Positions 1 through 11,934 of a stretch of 64,000 nt of DNA are shown piece after piece (the stretch's first letter is position 1; each line of letters starts with the position of its first letter). The translations under genes and the position numbers were made by a program. Under the pieces are notes generated by a model. That model was given only the letters and a program-made list of their open reading frames with translations. It did no database searches and had not been told where the DNA came from. Source of the stretch: Raillietiella orientalis (taxonomy: Eukaryota). Where the stretch lies: positions 1-64,000 of the forward strand of contig JAYWIR010000010.1 of assembly GCA_036172245.1 (NCBI GenBank), read 5' to 3'.

Positions 1-606
1 GTAATTTGAGTGAATTCAGCATTTCCTACTTAAGTGTGACCCCACATGTGGATGCATTTGTTGTAAAGTTCAAAGTTGCACTGAACTTTTCCCTCTTTCC
101 TAATAGAATCACTCACAATTTGAATTTGCCACCAAAAAAGTTGGAAGCATTAATAAAAGCATTTGTTGTTTTTTATCAAGTGTAAGATTATTTACCATTG
201 CAAGTTTGCCTGGAGGATTTTTATTTGCTGCTCGTGTACCTCATCAGTTTAATAATTAATTGTAATAAAAGCAGGCCGACGTTTTCTTAACTTCGGATTT
301 CTGTATTGCAAGTTTTTTCCAGGAGTAAACTTTGCAATCTGTTATTGTATTAGCATCCCCTAAAGGTGGGAGTTGTGTTGCAACATTTTCCCTACTTGCC
401 GCGTTTTTCAAATTGCAGACCTTGAAAATACTTTGATCCATAAGTGCAACAGCCATTTTAGAGTCATCAGTTGCCTTTTCAGGCACTTGATCAGCTGCCT
501 GTTTTTATTATGAGTATGTGTATTCCAATTGTAACAGTGTAGCCAAGACACTGTTTTATGTTTCTGCCCATGAAAGTGTATTCAACAGTGTTCATTCTGT
601 TTGAGG

Positions 607-982
607 TCAGCACGACTTGTTTCGCACCTTGATCGAAGACGTTCTGGCCTAGCTTTCATATACTGTGATAGCTTGATATCTGGTAGTCAGAAATCGCAAA
701 CCCAAATGTAAGTACTTTGGTGCTAAAATGGCAACTGTTAATTGTTTTGTAGCCTGGCATCCATAAAAAGTAAAACCTGCAAGAAGTGCCATTCATTTCT
801 GCATCCTGGATTTTCCGCACAGTATAGATTGCGTTCAATCCATTGGGTTTGATTCATTGCAGAGTTCAAAGTTCATTGCTGTGTTCCAGCGCAAAGATAG
901 AGGGCAAGTAAGAGCAGGTGAGTGAGAAGGTACAACCTGCAGCTTAATAAGTAAAAGTGTGCACTCCGGCGTAGAAAGATGA
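607..982 (+). pseudogene. RPP21: RNase P/MRP Rpp21/Rpr2-family pseudogene, copy A (exons 2-4; exon 1 lies before the window start)
   Basis: Exon 607-707, a 45-nt GT-AG intron (708-752) and exon 753-846 splice to SARLVSHLDRRRSGLAFIYCDSLISGSQKSQTQILASIKSKTCKKCHSFLHPGFSAQYRLR. This matches the Rpp21 LAxxYC...sxKrxxCxxCxsxLxPG motif. The in-frame acceptor is GG, and the last exon has an internal TGA. Confidence 0.75.
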
Positions 983-1063
983 TAAAAGGAGAAAGTAGAG
1001 AACGTTAAGACGACATTATCTTTGAAGCAAAAAGGATCATCAAGAGCACATTTGAATGTGGAA

Positions 1064-2900
1064 ACGCGAAGTGGCTTCCGAATAGGCAATGTCCACATCT
1101 GGACTCAGTCTTCCCCGCTTACAAGAGGAAGACTCGAAGATGCGAGGGAATGCAGGAAGGCGGCAGTCCGTGTCCAGGCGATTCTGAAAGAATTCTGTAC
1201 TTAAAGCAGTACGCGATAGGGAGTACGCAGGAAGGAAAACGGAACCAAGGATATGTGAGGATTCGTCAAGTAGGGCAACTTCTTTTCTAACTGTTTCCTT
1301 TATTTCCTGGTAGCAAACCAATGCAGTCAAAGTGGAGTATCCTCTGGATGCTGTCTGTGGGAAGAGGAAGGCGTGCATTGCTGGCGGTAACGGCAACTGA
1401 AGGGCGCGTGCACCGGTGGGCCGCAGAGAACACCACGAGGGATTGTGGCGCACCTGGATGCCCCGTATCCTTTGTCCAACCGTCCGCCCACGGCAGAAAA
1501 AGGGTTGGAGCACCGCTGCGACCGAGTTGCCGTTCTGCCACCATCTCAGCGCATGCCATCTTTTTGCGGTGGAACGCCCGTCCTTTGCAGCTTCCCAGCA
1601 GCACCGAGCACGGTCAACTCTACAAGAATCGCTCAACAAAAGCACTCACCAGAAGTGTGCTGCACTCACCCGTTTTGAGCCTTCCTGTGCGGATGCTGCA
1701 TGATGTGGACCACGCTTCTCCGTCGCGTCCGTGGTGCACTGTCGGGTGGACATCGCTCGAGGAATGCGACCAGCAAACTGGAGTGCCTTGCGGCAGCCAG
1801 TGAGATTGACATACACGTTGCTTTGGTCGAGTGGCGCGTTGTGGTGAAGTGATGCACAGCATCACTGCTGAATAAAGAGGCTGGGCAGCAGCTTTTCCAA
1901 CAAAGTTTTCCGTGAATGGTTGGGTATTCGCCTACGCCCTTTGTGGGCGGCACGTCAACTTTGCCGACAGCAGCTTGCAGGTAACGGAAGAGTGGAAGCC
2001 AAAGAAGCAGCCGGGCTAGTGGCAGGATAAGGAAGGAGGCGTATCCTGTCGGCTGGTGGTGAAGTCTCAGCAGAGAGCCGTTGCCACCGAATTTACTTGT
2101 TGCGGAGAAGGGAGCGCGCCATGCCGGCGCCGCGCACGTCGGCCGGCGCGCCCCTCTTTCTCCGGTGTTCCTGCTCTGCTGGTGTTACGGTGGAGGTGTT
2201 CTGCGATCAGCTGCTGAGTTCCTCGGCTGGATGCGGGGGAGGAGCCCCGGCCTCGCTACCTGGTCGATGCGAGGTGAGGCGTTCTCTCAGGCAGCGAACG
2301 TCAGCGGGGAGGACTGGGTGGAGGGAATGGGGCTAACAGGGGGACTTCAGGGGATGAGGGGTGAGGGAGGAGCACGCACGAATGCGTAAACTCCGCGGTC
2401 CGTGAAACGGAGGCTAAAAAGCTCCTTGTTGGGCGACGGGCGGAGGGCGGAAAGGCGAGCAGCTACTCGCGCGCCTCCTCGTCTAGCGAAGGAGCCGTGA
2501 GGGCAGCGTATAGGAATCTCGCGTAATCGCGAATCCTGAAAGCCGACAAAATAACCATGAGCACAGCAAACGAGCGCTGCCAGAAGTTCATGATTCTTTT
2601 TTCTGATGGAAAGGGTTTCCGTGGTTACGCTCAAAGAGGGGAAGGCGGCCAGGCGCATGCGCCTCTGGCGTGGTTCAACGTGCATTTCTGGCGCTCACCG
2701 AAGTAGCGTTCTGTCATGGAATTCTGTGGAGGCGCTGAAAGAGCGTGGCCGCCAACATCAACGATGTCCTGCTTTCTCTCCATGCTCCTATTGACTGCGC
2801 GTATTCACCTGGAGCTCCTTTTTTCCCTCCTTTTTGCATCCCCGTGGTTTTCAAGGCTCTCTGAAGTAATATTATCTTCCGAAAGACGGTGACCGGAAAA
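1064..2900 (-). mobile_element. Decayed Ty3/Gypsy gag-pol fragment (also in unit copies 2 and 3)
   Basis: ORF 1040-1645 reads ...GQRIRG...LPLP...GYSTLTALVCYQEI...LDESSHIL...STEFFQNRLDTDCRLP. This resembles the Gypsy RT blocks (gxiRiC, yPlP, fStLD..gY.qi, saPEiFQ.rmd). Gag-like FVGFQDSRLRE lies in ORF 2347-2685. Catalytic Asp residues are lost. Confidence 0.55.
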
Positions 2901-3646
2901 CCGTCAAGCGCCAAAGCCCTGTTTGCGTGGAAGAAAAGGCTTCACGAGTTGAGGAAGGTAGGGAATTGATTTCTCTTTCTGTATTGGTGCACGGGATCGA
3001 AAACAGCTGAGAAAACCTTCTCTTTGTCATGGAATGGGCAGCTGCTCTTTGTTCCATGTACACCCAGGAGAAAACGGCTGCATTTATGACGCTCTGTCTT
3101 CTAATTTTGGGGCTCTTTCGACATGGAATTGTAAGTCGGCGCTGCAAGGGCGTAGGCAATCGAGAGCCTTCTTTCGTGAACGCTCTTCTTGCGCCTCTCA
3201 CATAGTGCAAGAGCTCACTATGGCGCTGGCGTTGTCTGCAGAATGGCGCATTCCGTGATGATATTTTTGTCTCCCGCTGCCGTTGTGCAGATTCTTTCCG
3301 TGCAACAACGCATTGCATTGCACGCAGGAAGGGGGAGCATTTGTGGCGCCTGCCGATGGTACGAAGCAGAGGTGTTTCCATTGGGTTTGTATTGCGGCTG
3401 CGTGGATTGATGTCTGTCGCCCGGCTTTCTTCTATTCTTTTTGATGCGTAATCGGAAGAGTGGTTTCCTTGACCCAGGCTTCGATCTGCAGTAATGATCT
3501 CGTCTCTTCGTGCCTCTTAACTCTATGAGGACCTGTGTATTCCTCAGCACTGGGACCCTCTCGATTACTTCCCGAAGGATGCTCAGGAGCTCACCCCAGC
3601 GCAACAGTCGCTTCAGTGGGCTACTTCGGGTCGCGGCATCAGCTCG

Positions 3647-4440
3647 CTGGCCCGTTGTGCAACCACTTTGCTCTCTCTCTGTATCTGAAATCCTACATCG
3701 GACCTCCCATTCCGCGGCCTGGCTACTGCCCAAGTGCTCCCTGTGGTTGTGCCGCCTGTGCTGGGAGGACCAGCTAGTGTTACGTGTCTTACGCAGCGGA
3801 GAAAAGCAGAATCAGAAGACTTTGGCGAGTCGGAAGGCGACTTTGGTGATGGAAAATCTGCGTGAGACGAACGAAGAACTCCTCCCAGCCGGGAAAAGAA
3901 GGAGGATGCCCAGTCATCGTTGATGGCCTTTTTCCTGTCGATGACATTTGGAAAGCGGGAACTTGCAGCTGGGGAACATCAACGGACAGCCGTACAGCGA
4001 CGACTGCATTTTTCCACAAATTGTGGGACCAAAGAGGAAAAGCGGTCGGCAAAAGACCAAATTCTTCAAACACAGACAAAAACTAGAAGTGAATGGAGTT
4101 TTGCACGTAAAGGATGCAATGTGAAATTCAGTTGTTCAGTAACTTCACGCCAACGCTTGTTCGTACCTGGGAGCATTGCTCGAGTGACAACACTGTCGCT
4201 ACGAACAAAATGGGGCTTTCAGCTGTCTGGTGCCCATCGGTGAAGGAGAGAGCTGCAACTGCCACCACTATTGCCGAAATGAAAAAGTTACTACAATTAT
4301 TTGGAATTTCAGGTTGGAATACTGGTGGGGATGGACGAATACTGGCTACTACTCGTCTTCAAAGGAAAGCGGAGCTCTGGAGTGCGCTGTGCGCATCCGC
4401 ACGCGGAATTTTTCTTGCCTTGTCGAGCTCGGTGAGCCTC
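3647..4440 (+). mobile_element. Decayed Gypsy (Mag-like) gag knuckle / protease / pre-RT fragment (also ~14600-15385)
   Basis: CRLCWEDQLVLRVLRS resembles CxxCGKxGHxxRVCRS. TDSRTATT..FHKLW and QKLEVNGVLHVK resemble protease. ARGIFLALSSSV resembles aRpvPfAl...V. The segment is a direct copy of 34960-35754. Confidence 0.45.
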
Positions 4441-7319
4441 TCGTGTGGGACGCATTTGGACTTGTGGTAGCCCTGGGGTTCGCGGTCTGCCTACTCGAGT
4501 GGGTGTTCGCGACGACGGCTTCTATGCTCGTCATGCTACTTGGCAACCTCGCTCTCTGCTTCTGTGCATGGTGTGAAATGAAGAATGATTCGGGAATGGC
4601 ATGATGTCATTGAGGACGGGCGAGAAATCTGCCTTGCGGCTTCCGAATCCTGTATCATGTGGGTTGTGCTGCCAAGCGATCAGCGAAAGGCGGTAGTCTC
4701 TTGAATTTTTGGACTAGGAATGTAGGGACGAAATGAGGGGGGGAGGAATGAAGTGTTCGAGGCGTGAGAAGGCTGCGGAAGAACCTTTGGATGTCATCTT
4801 GACCGAATCTCACGCTCCTGAACGAGATCTCCGCTTGCCGCCTGGAGGGGGCTGAGAGTTCGCGGTCGATCGTGGAGACGTCCCGTGCGCGAGCACGGCC
4901 TTTCTGCACTTTTCCCGCCGACGGTTCTCAGCGTGTGCCTGCGCAGCGGTTTAAGCCTTCTTCACCGTCGGAATCTCAATCGGGGGTGCCGAGACGTTCA
5001 TTCATACGAAAATGAATATTTTCTATCCCTGCATTTGGACCGGTTGTCCAACCAGTTTTATTTCAACCTCCGGGTTACGGGTTGCAGACTGGTGGGGTCC
5101 TTCACAACAGCATAAAGGAGGGGCCAAAACAAGGAAAAGCGAAATTAAAAAAAAGAATTTCAGGGTGGACGGGGTGTTCAAGTGAGGAGTTGCGCAGTGG
5201 CGGCTGGACCTGAGTCTTTGCGGCGTCAGGGATGCGGCATAAGGGAAGGAGAAGCCGGGCCTAAACCTGGTGCTGTCGACTGCCAGATGGTCCGCCATGT
5301 TGAGTCGGGACGAAGAGGCAGTACACCCTGAAATTCCTTTTTTTCATTTCGCGTAAAGGAGGGTTGGTTTTTGTCGCACAACTGCGCCAGCGGCCTCCGG
5401 GCAGGCTGTGGTCTCGGTTGCGCCTTCCATACTGCATCGTCCTGGCAGCCGGTGGTACATCCACCACCTCGAGGTCGTGCTCAGTCGCTCGACATCGGAC
5501 GTCCGTGAGCTTTCATCTGACCTTCCCTAGTTGCAGATATTAGGGCACACAGGCGACCTGGAGGCGAAACGGAGAGAAGGTCGACGCCTGCTTGGAGGTT
5601 GCGAGCTTCTCCGAGGGTGGACGCTGATGCGACGCGATGATATCTCATCTAGCGGTATAACTGGAAACGGAATGGAAATGGAGCTGCTGGACGCACCGGA
5701 AATGCACGGGACTGCGGGGGAGTCGCCGCCCGTCACCGTGCAGATCCGCGTCCCGACTGCCACGAGCACGACCGACCACTCCGCATTCATGTCGCGGCTC
5801 GCGCGCCGCGCCTGTGTGTGGAGCAGCCGTAGCTCCCGGTTTCCGCGAGTTCCACTCGACTCCGTGGCAGCTCGCTCTGCTCTCGAATCCACGCCCAGCA
5901 ACAGCTTTGCGACGATTTTGGTTCGGCGCTTGTGCTGGCCGAGGTGTCTGTTGAGGGAGAACTGGGATCGCCGACGCCTCCTTCTGCCAGCCAAGTTCGG
6001 ACGGGTCACTCGCGTCTCGAAAGGCACTTCCGCTCCCCATCGAGGATGTTGCGTGGAATGAGTGCTGCGAATCGCCGGATAGTTCGTTTCCATGGGTATC
6101 GAATTACGGCGTCCCCCCTCATCCGCTCATGCTGGATATTTCGACTGCTGCCTTGTTGGTCAAATAACCACTTTTGCCGTGGTAACCGCCCTTTGTAGCT
6201 TCGAAGCAGGAATGACCTGAGTCAATGTATCGTTCATCGCTGCCGCTGGCCGGTAGCCCTGGTTGCAAGCCTGCGGGGAAACGCGCGCTCGTCTTCCAAT
6301 CCCGACGGATCCGCTTGCTTTGACTTGCAGCGTCTTCCCGTCTGCGGCCTTTGCCCTTCTCACTTGGTGAATCGGGGACTCGAGGAGGTTTCCTGCATTT
6401 GGAGGCTGGAAGGGACTTTTCTTCACTGCTATGAAATGTGGTCACTCAAGACGATGACCATCACTTCTTGCATGGAGCGGATGGGTAAAACGTGAGTGTG
6501 CTCTCGTTGACCTGTGGTCAGGGAAGCAGGGAGCAACGGGAACCGCGCATAGTGGGGAATGATACATCCGTCGTTTGGATCTAGCGTTCGTCTGTTCGAC
6601 GCGCGTACCAAGTACGTCTTCTCCCCGATCCCGGGAGTTTGCGTTGCCTCGCTCTTGGCGTGCATACGTACTTCCCGCATGATTCCGCAGGTAGGGTGAT
6701 GCGCATTCCGTCAACAGCTCGCTGGCAGCTCAAGCTTACGTCACGGACGACGGTAGCCTGCGATGCTGAATCTTGCGCGTGCGATTTGCGTGCTTGCGCA
6801 GAGTGGCCGATCCTCCTTCAAGGCGTGAACCATCAGCAACTTGGAGGCATTTTTGCAAGAGGGCATCTTTAAAACAATTACGAGAAGGGGAGACGCTTGA
6901 AGAAAAGTAGCTGGCACCGGCACAGGCAAGCACTGAATGGGGAGCGCCCATGGAGTGGAAAGTGAAAGTAGATATGGAATAGGGTACCCACACTGGCCTA
7001 GCCGCAAAGATTTCGAAAGAAAGGACATGAACCTTGGGAGACTAGTGATGATTATCACCCGGTTATGCCGTGGGATTTGTCACTGGGTTAATAAGAATAC
7101 ATGCTGTGGTAGAACCATCAAATCTACCACGCGCAATGAACTTGCTGAGGACCGGTACGCAGTCCGGCGAGGTCCGCTACAACAGCGTAGGGTGAAAGAA
7201 GACAAAGGCAAAACGGAGGAGGAGGATTTTCACAAGGGAGGGGAAATCGCGGAAGGGATCACGGTAAGCTGCAGGGCGTTCTCGGCATCCTGTCCAGTTA
7301 GCTGGCAAGTTCCGTCAGG

Positions 7320-9790
7320 ATAGTTTCCTGGTGAGGCCATCACGAGGCGGTCCTCAGGAAGACTCGCGCTCAGGGGATGCTCTCAGGACGAACATTCCGA
7401 ATGCTTCTTCCAAAGTTTCAGGTAGCAATGATACTGAGAAGATACAACAGAGCTGAGAGGGACGCGGCTGGAGTCAGAGGGGCACGCGAGGAGTTTAAAA
7501 ATGTCCCTGCAATCGCCCGCCGAAGTTTTCAGGATCGTCGCGAGGCGATGCCCAAGCAGCTGGAGGGTAGCACAGCCCAACAGCAAGTGCGGGAAGGTCT
7601 CCTTCTTCGCACACCTGCCACACTTAGCAACCACACTGTGTCCAGTGTGCCTGGCACGCTTTTGCACGGGATTCCTCCAAGCAACACCAGCAGCGACGAC
7701 TCTTGCCGCTTGAGGGAAGGGCGCCGCTCTTCCAGCAAGGTAGGGTGCCCTTCACCTCCTCCGAACGGACGCCAAGGAGCTCTCCTCATGCTACAAGTGC
7801 ATGGAGCTCACCCCATTCGGGGTCACAACGTCCACCACTTCGCGAGTTGTCCACCTGCCCGGAAGTTTCTTGTTTGCTCCCATCCAGCACGTCAGTTCTC
7901 ACCTCACTTGGATGACGCAGTCTTTGGCGTCTCTCAGGAAAAACAGCAGTGGGCAAAGGGAGAGAAACGAGAACCACTGCATCTTCTGCAAGCGGGGACG
8001 ATCTTCTTCAACGCTCAGGATTGTTCGCGCATCATGCTCGCTTCTTGGAATTTCGCCCAGGAAAAAGCGACTCCTGGAGACAATAAGTGTAGTTTGCAAG
8101 GCCAGCTTTGGGTGATCTCCTCTACCAGGGAAACCACCTAGCAGGTTGGCGGGTACCTGGAACGTGTCGACGCTCTCCCGCGAGCGACTAAAAGGGATGT
8201 GCGTTCGTCGCAGCCGGTTGACATCTTCTCGAGCAGCCGTCTTGCATAGCACCAAGGCGTTGTCAAGAGTTTCGCAAAGAGGACGAGTCTTGTGAGTTTC
8301 CGCTGACACTGCATACCCTCCAGTGTAAGGAGGGCTAGTTCGCCTGCCTTACGTGAAGAAGCGCTGACGAGTACGTTATCAATCGGCGCATTCAGTGGAG
8401 AGAACCAGGGAATTTCCACGGAGGCGCCGGCAGCATGTGTGAAAAAAGCTGTGGTATTTGCCTTCGGGATTCTTCTCACGACCATCTTTGGAGTTTTCAC
8501 AGATGCGCTTAGCGCTCCTTTCACGTCCATCCGTTTTGTCCACTGACCTCGAACGCTTCTATCCAGAACACATGAAACATCTGGCATCCCGGAACAGGGG
8601 AAGCTCGTTTGAGGTCTTCTTGCCGTCCTCGCCAGTCAGATACTCCCAGCACCTCTCGAGGCACCAGCCTGCAGTGTTCTGGGCTGTCAGCTTCCAGAAA
8701 CAGGAGCCTATGGAAGTTCTCATTGTGGCTGCTAACAGACCTGGGTTTTGTCTTTCCCAGGCAGAAATGCCGCAGGTTGGATGCAGCGCTCCATCAGTGC
8801 TTGCTGGAGCTCTAATCAGCTCAGATCTGTGGAACCCTACTACAGTAACCAAGTTTCCCTTTTGGGATACATGTGATGACCCACTGATGTTAGTATCTTC
8901 TCTTCCTGAATGTAGGAAGCAACATGCAGGGGATGCTCAGGCAAGAGTTTTGTCATGTTAGGGATTGCGAATGCTTCCCGGTGACCTGTTACGGGTCGCA
9001 GTAACAGGATCAAACACGCATTCCACGATCCTCAGCAGCGGATTCCCAACCGTGAGGGTGTGTAGGAGTTTGCTTGACAACTCGGTCCATCCTGCCATAC
9101 TGCATTCGGTTCCATGAACTCAAGAATCGCAGGTAGTTAGAGCACCCGCTTTCTCAAACCAAAAGTCAGTATCAACAGGATGCATGGCCTAGAGGACGCT
9201 TCCCTAGGAGATGACAGAAGCGGAAATTCCTCTAGTCTCACCTTTGTCTACCCATCCTTGCTGCAGTCCTTTGAGAACAACACCAGTCGGAAAGCTCATG
9301 GAGTTCGAATTCGGAGAGCAATACGGGAAGCATTTCGAGTGAGATACAGGACTGATGCGAGGGATCGATCAGCAATGGAACGGAAAAAGAACGGAGAGGA
9401 TGAACAAGGAGTTCGCTCCGACTCTACATTGGGTGCGAATGGCCTTAGCGTTCCCGTCAGAATGTCACGGGTAAAGCGTCGCAAATCGCTTGCAGATGCG
9501 CGGATGGGCATCTGCAAGCGTTCCTGAGTCACGAAAGTTCTAGATGGAATTCCGCTACGTGCAACAGCCGCTAGGCAACGAGAGACTAGGCTACAAAGCT
9601 GTGGGATTCACGAAAGACGGAAGGAATGAGAATTCAATCACCCGCTGCGTTACTACTCCAAGCAGCTGGAAGCGGAGATCTCTATTCACTTCCGACTGAT
9701 GACTTTGCGTGAAGATCATAGAGAAGCAGTGGTAGATGAGAAGGCGGGAGCACCTTAGCCTGTCGGGGAAGAATCGATGGAACATGTCCA
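7320..9790 (+). mobile_element. Decayed BEL/Pao LTR-retrotransposon: gag knuckles, then RNase H/integrase, with RT deleted
   Basis: Degenerate knuckles RRCPSSWRVAQPNSKCGKVSFFAHLPHLATTLC. Integrase-like pieces occur in the expected order: KFPFW...PECRK, VCLTTRSI (cf. TCLTTRAVH), VLDGIPL (cf. vlNsRPL) and KQWxMRRREHLSL (cf. FWxRWxxEYL). Confidence 0.55.
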
Positions 9791-10628
9791 AGGATATCAG
9801 GCGAGCCCAAGGAAAATGAAGCGCTGTCTGTTAGTGCATAACAATTCATTTCGGGTGTGCAACCTTTTGAAATGTTACACTGTATGATTATGTCAACATT
9901 CCAACTGAATCCTGTGCACAAAACGCTTTGAAATATCTGTAACTTATCCCGAAAACCATGAATTTTATTTACGATATAAGCATCCATCCAAAGGTTGCGA
10001 TAAATTACCTACTTGCAAGTCCTCGTATGAGATTCAAGGAACTTGGAAGTTCTAGCGTTTGACAATTCGGAAATACTCGCAGCTTACCAAGAGCAAATGA
10101 ACAGTTTAAAACTTGGAGTGAAGTGCTGAAAAAGTGCCGAATTTTGGCATCTCTCAATAAAAAGAGAAAACCCGACTGGGAATGACATTGCCTTCAAGCA
10201 GATTATGATGTATGCTCAGCTTCCGAATTGAGTGAAGCAGTTCCGAGAACACGATGGGATCTTTACGAAAGAGTCACAATGATCTTTTGATTACAAATGT
10301 AGAATTTCTCTTTTGTGCAATCGAAAATCGAGAACAATCCTGAAGTGTCGATATATATTTACGTGACGTGCTGCGATATTAGAACATAACTATGTAAGAA
10401 AGAGTGTTTTCAGAAACTCGGATGATGTTCTTTGGTTTGCTTTGTCATATTGCTCCTGGTTTTCTCGAAGAGCATTGCCCGCATTTGGTAACCCTTATTC
10501 GTTTCTGTGCTGAAGGCTGCGCCGCCGAGTTGCATGCGGAAAGTCTGTCAAACAGTGGGAATGTGCGCAGCGAGCCGCACCAACCGGTGCTCGGCCACCC
10601 TTTCCCTGTTTTCAGAGCGTCTTGTGTG

Positions 10629-11934
10629 ATGGCCAAAGGATGCAAAAAGAATCAGAACAGATACATGCAAAGGCGTATTCATCATTGATTCCAGGTATAC
10701 GAAAGTGTTCTTGAAACGTCAGTTACCATGAGTTTGTTCAATTGTTTTTGAAAATTATTTGATGGTGCTTTATGTTTGAGGTTCGTATTCGTGTAGTTAA
10801 GAAATTTGTATTCGTTAAGAAAGTGCTTCAGTTTTGGTTTATTTTATCATGTAAATTCCTCTCTAAATATTTATGTATGCCAGTGGGGCCTCAAACTAAA
10901 GTTGAATCACACGAAGCAAATATTGTGCGAATCAGGTCATGTCAACTGGGTTGTAACTTGAGTGAATTCAGCATTTCCTACTTAAGTGTGACCCTACATG
11001 TGGATGCATTTGTTGTAAAGTTTAAAGTTGCACTGAACTTTTCGCTCTTTTCTAATAGAATCACTCAGAATTTGAATTTGCCACGAAAAAAGTTGGAAGC
11101 ATTAATAAAAGCATTTGTTGCCTTTTATCAAGTGTAAGATTATTTCCCATTGGAAGTTTGCCTGGAGGATTTTTGTTTGATGCTCGTGTACCACATCAGA
11201 TTAATAATTAATTGTAATAAAAGCAGGCTGATGTTTTCTTAACTTCGGATTTCTGTATTGCAAGTTTGTTCCAGGAGTAAAGTTTGCAATTTGTTATTGT
11301 ATTAGCATCCCCTAAAGGTGGGAGTTGTGTTGCAACATTTTCCCTACTTGCCGCAGTTTTCAAATTGCATGCCTTGAAAATACTTTAATCCATAAGTGCA
11401 ACAGCCATTTTATAGTCATCAGTTGCGTTTTCAGGCACTTGATCAGCTGCCTGTTTTTATTATGAGTATGTGTATTCCAATTGTAACAGTGTAGCCAAGA
11501 CACTGTTTTATGTTTCTGCCCATGAAAGTGTATTCAACAGTGTTCATTCTGTTTGAGGTCAGCACGACTTGTTTCGCACCCTGATCGAAGACGTTCTGGC
11601 CTAGCTTTCATATACTGTGATAGCTTGATATCTGGTAGTCAGAAATCGCAAACCCAAATGTAAGTACTTTGGTGCTAAAATGGCAACTGTTAATTGTTTT
11701 GTAGCCTGGCATCCATAAAAAGTAAAACCTGCAAGAAGTGCCATTCATTTCTGCATCCTGGATTTTCCGCACAGTATAGATTGCGTTCAATCCATTGGGT
11801 TTGATTCATTGCAGAGTTCAAAGTTCATTGCTGTGTTCCAGCGCAAAGATAGAGGGCAAGTAAGAGCAGGTGAGTGAGAAGGTACAACCTGCAGCTTAAT
11901 AAGTAAAAGTGTGCACTCCGGCGTAGAAAGATGA
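10629..11934 (+). pseudogene. RPP21: Rpp21/Rpr2-family unprocessed pseudogene, copy B
   Basis: Exon 1 (10629-10694) reads MAKGCKKNQNRYMQRRIHH*FQ|gt (compare Rpp21 QRLNFLYQ), with TGA at 10686-10688. Exon 2 starts at 11559 after a non-canonical GG. The zinc-ribbon exon CKKC...LHPG follows. Confidence 0.75.

Noticed and set aside
3990..4190. YSDD...KLEVN...YLG read as a non-LTR RT active site
   Set aside because: The paralogue at ~35310 reads YRDD, the frame has stops, and the flanking context fits Gypsy gag-protease better.
10608..10617. TTTTCAG just upstream of the RPP21 ATG as a spliced-leader trans-splice site
   Set aside because: It fits an ordinary 5'UTR intron acceptor equally well, and other acceptors in the window do not follow that strict consensus.
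10686..10688. Shared in-frame TGA in RPP21 exon 1 as selenocysteine or readthrough
   Set aside because: It aligns to a conserved Leu (TTA>TGA), and the copies carry other lesions, so pseudogenisation is the simpler explanation.
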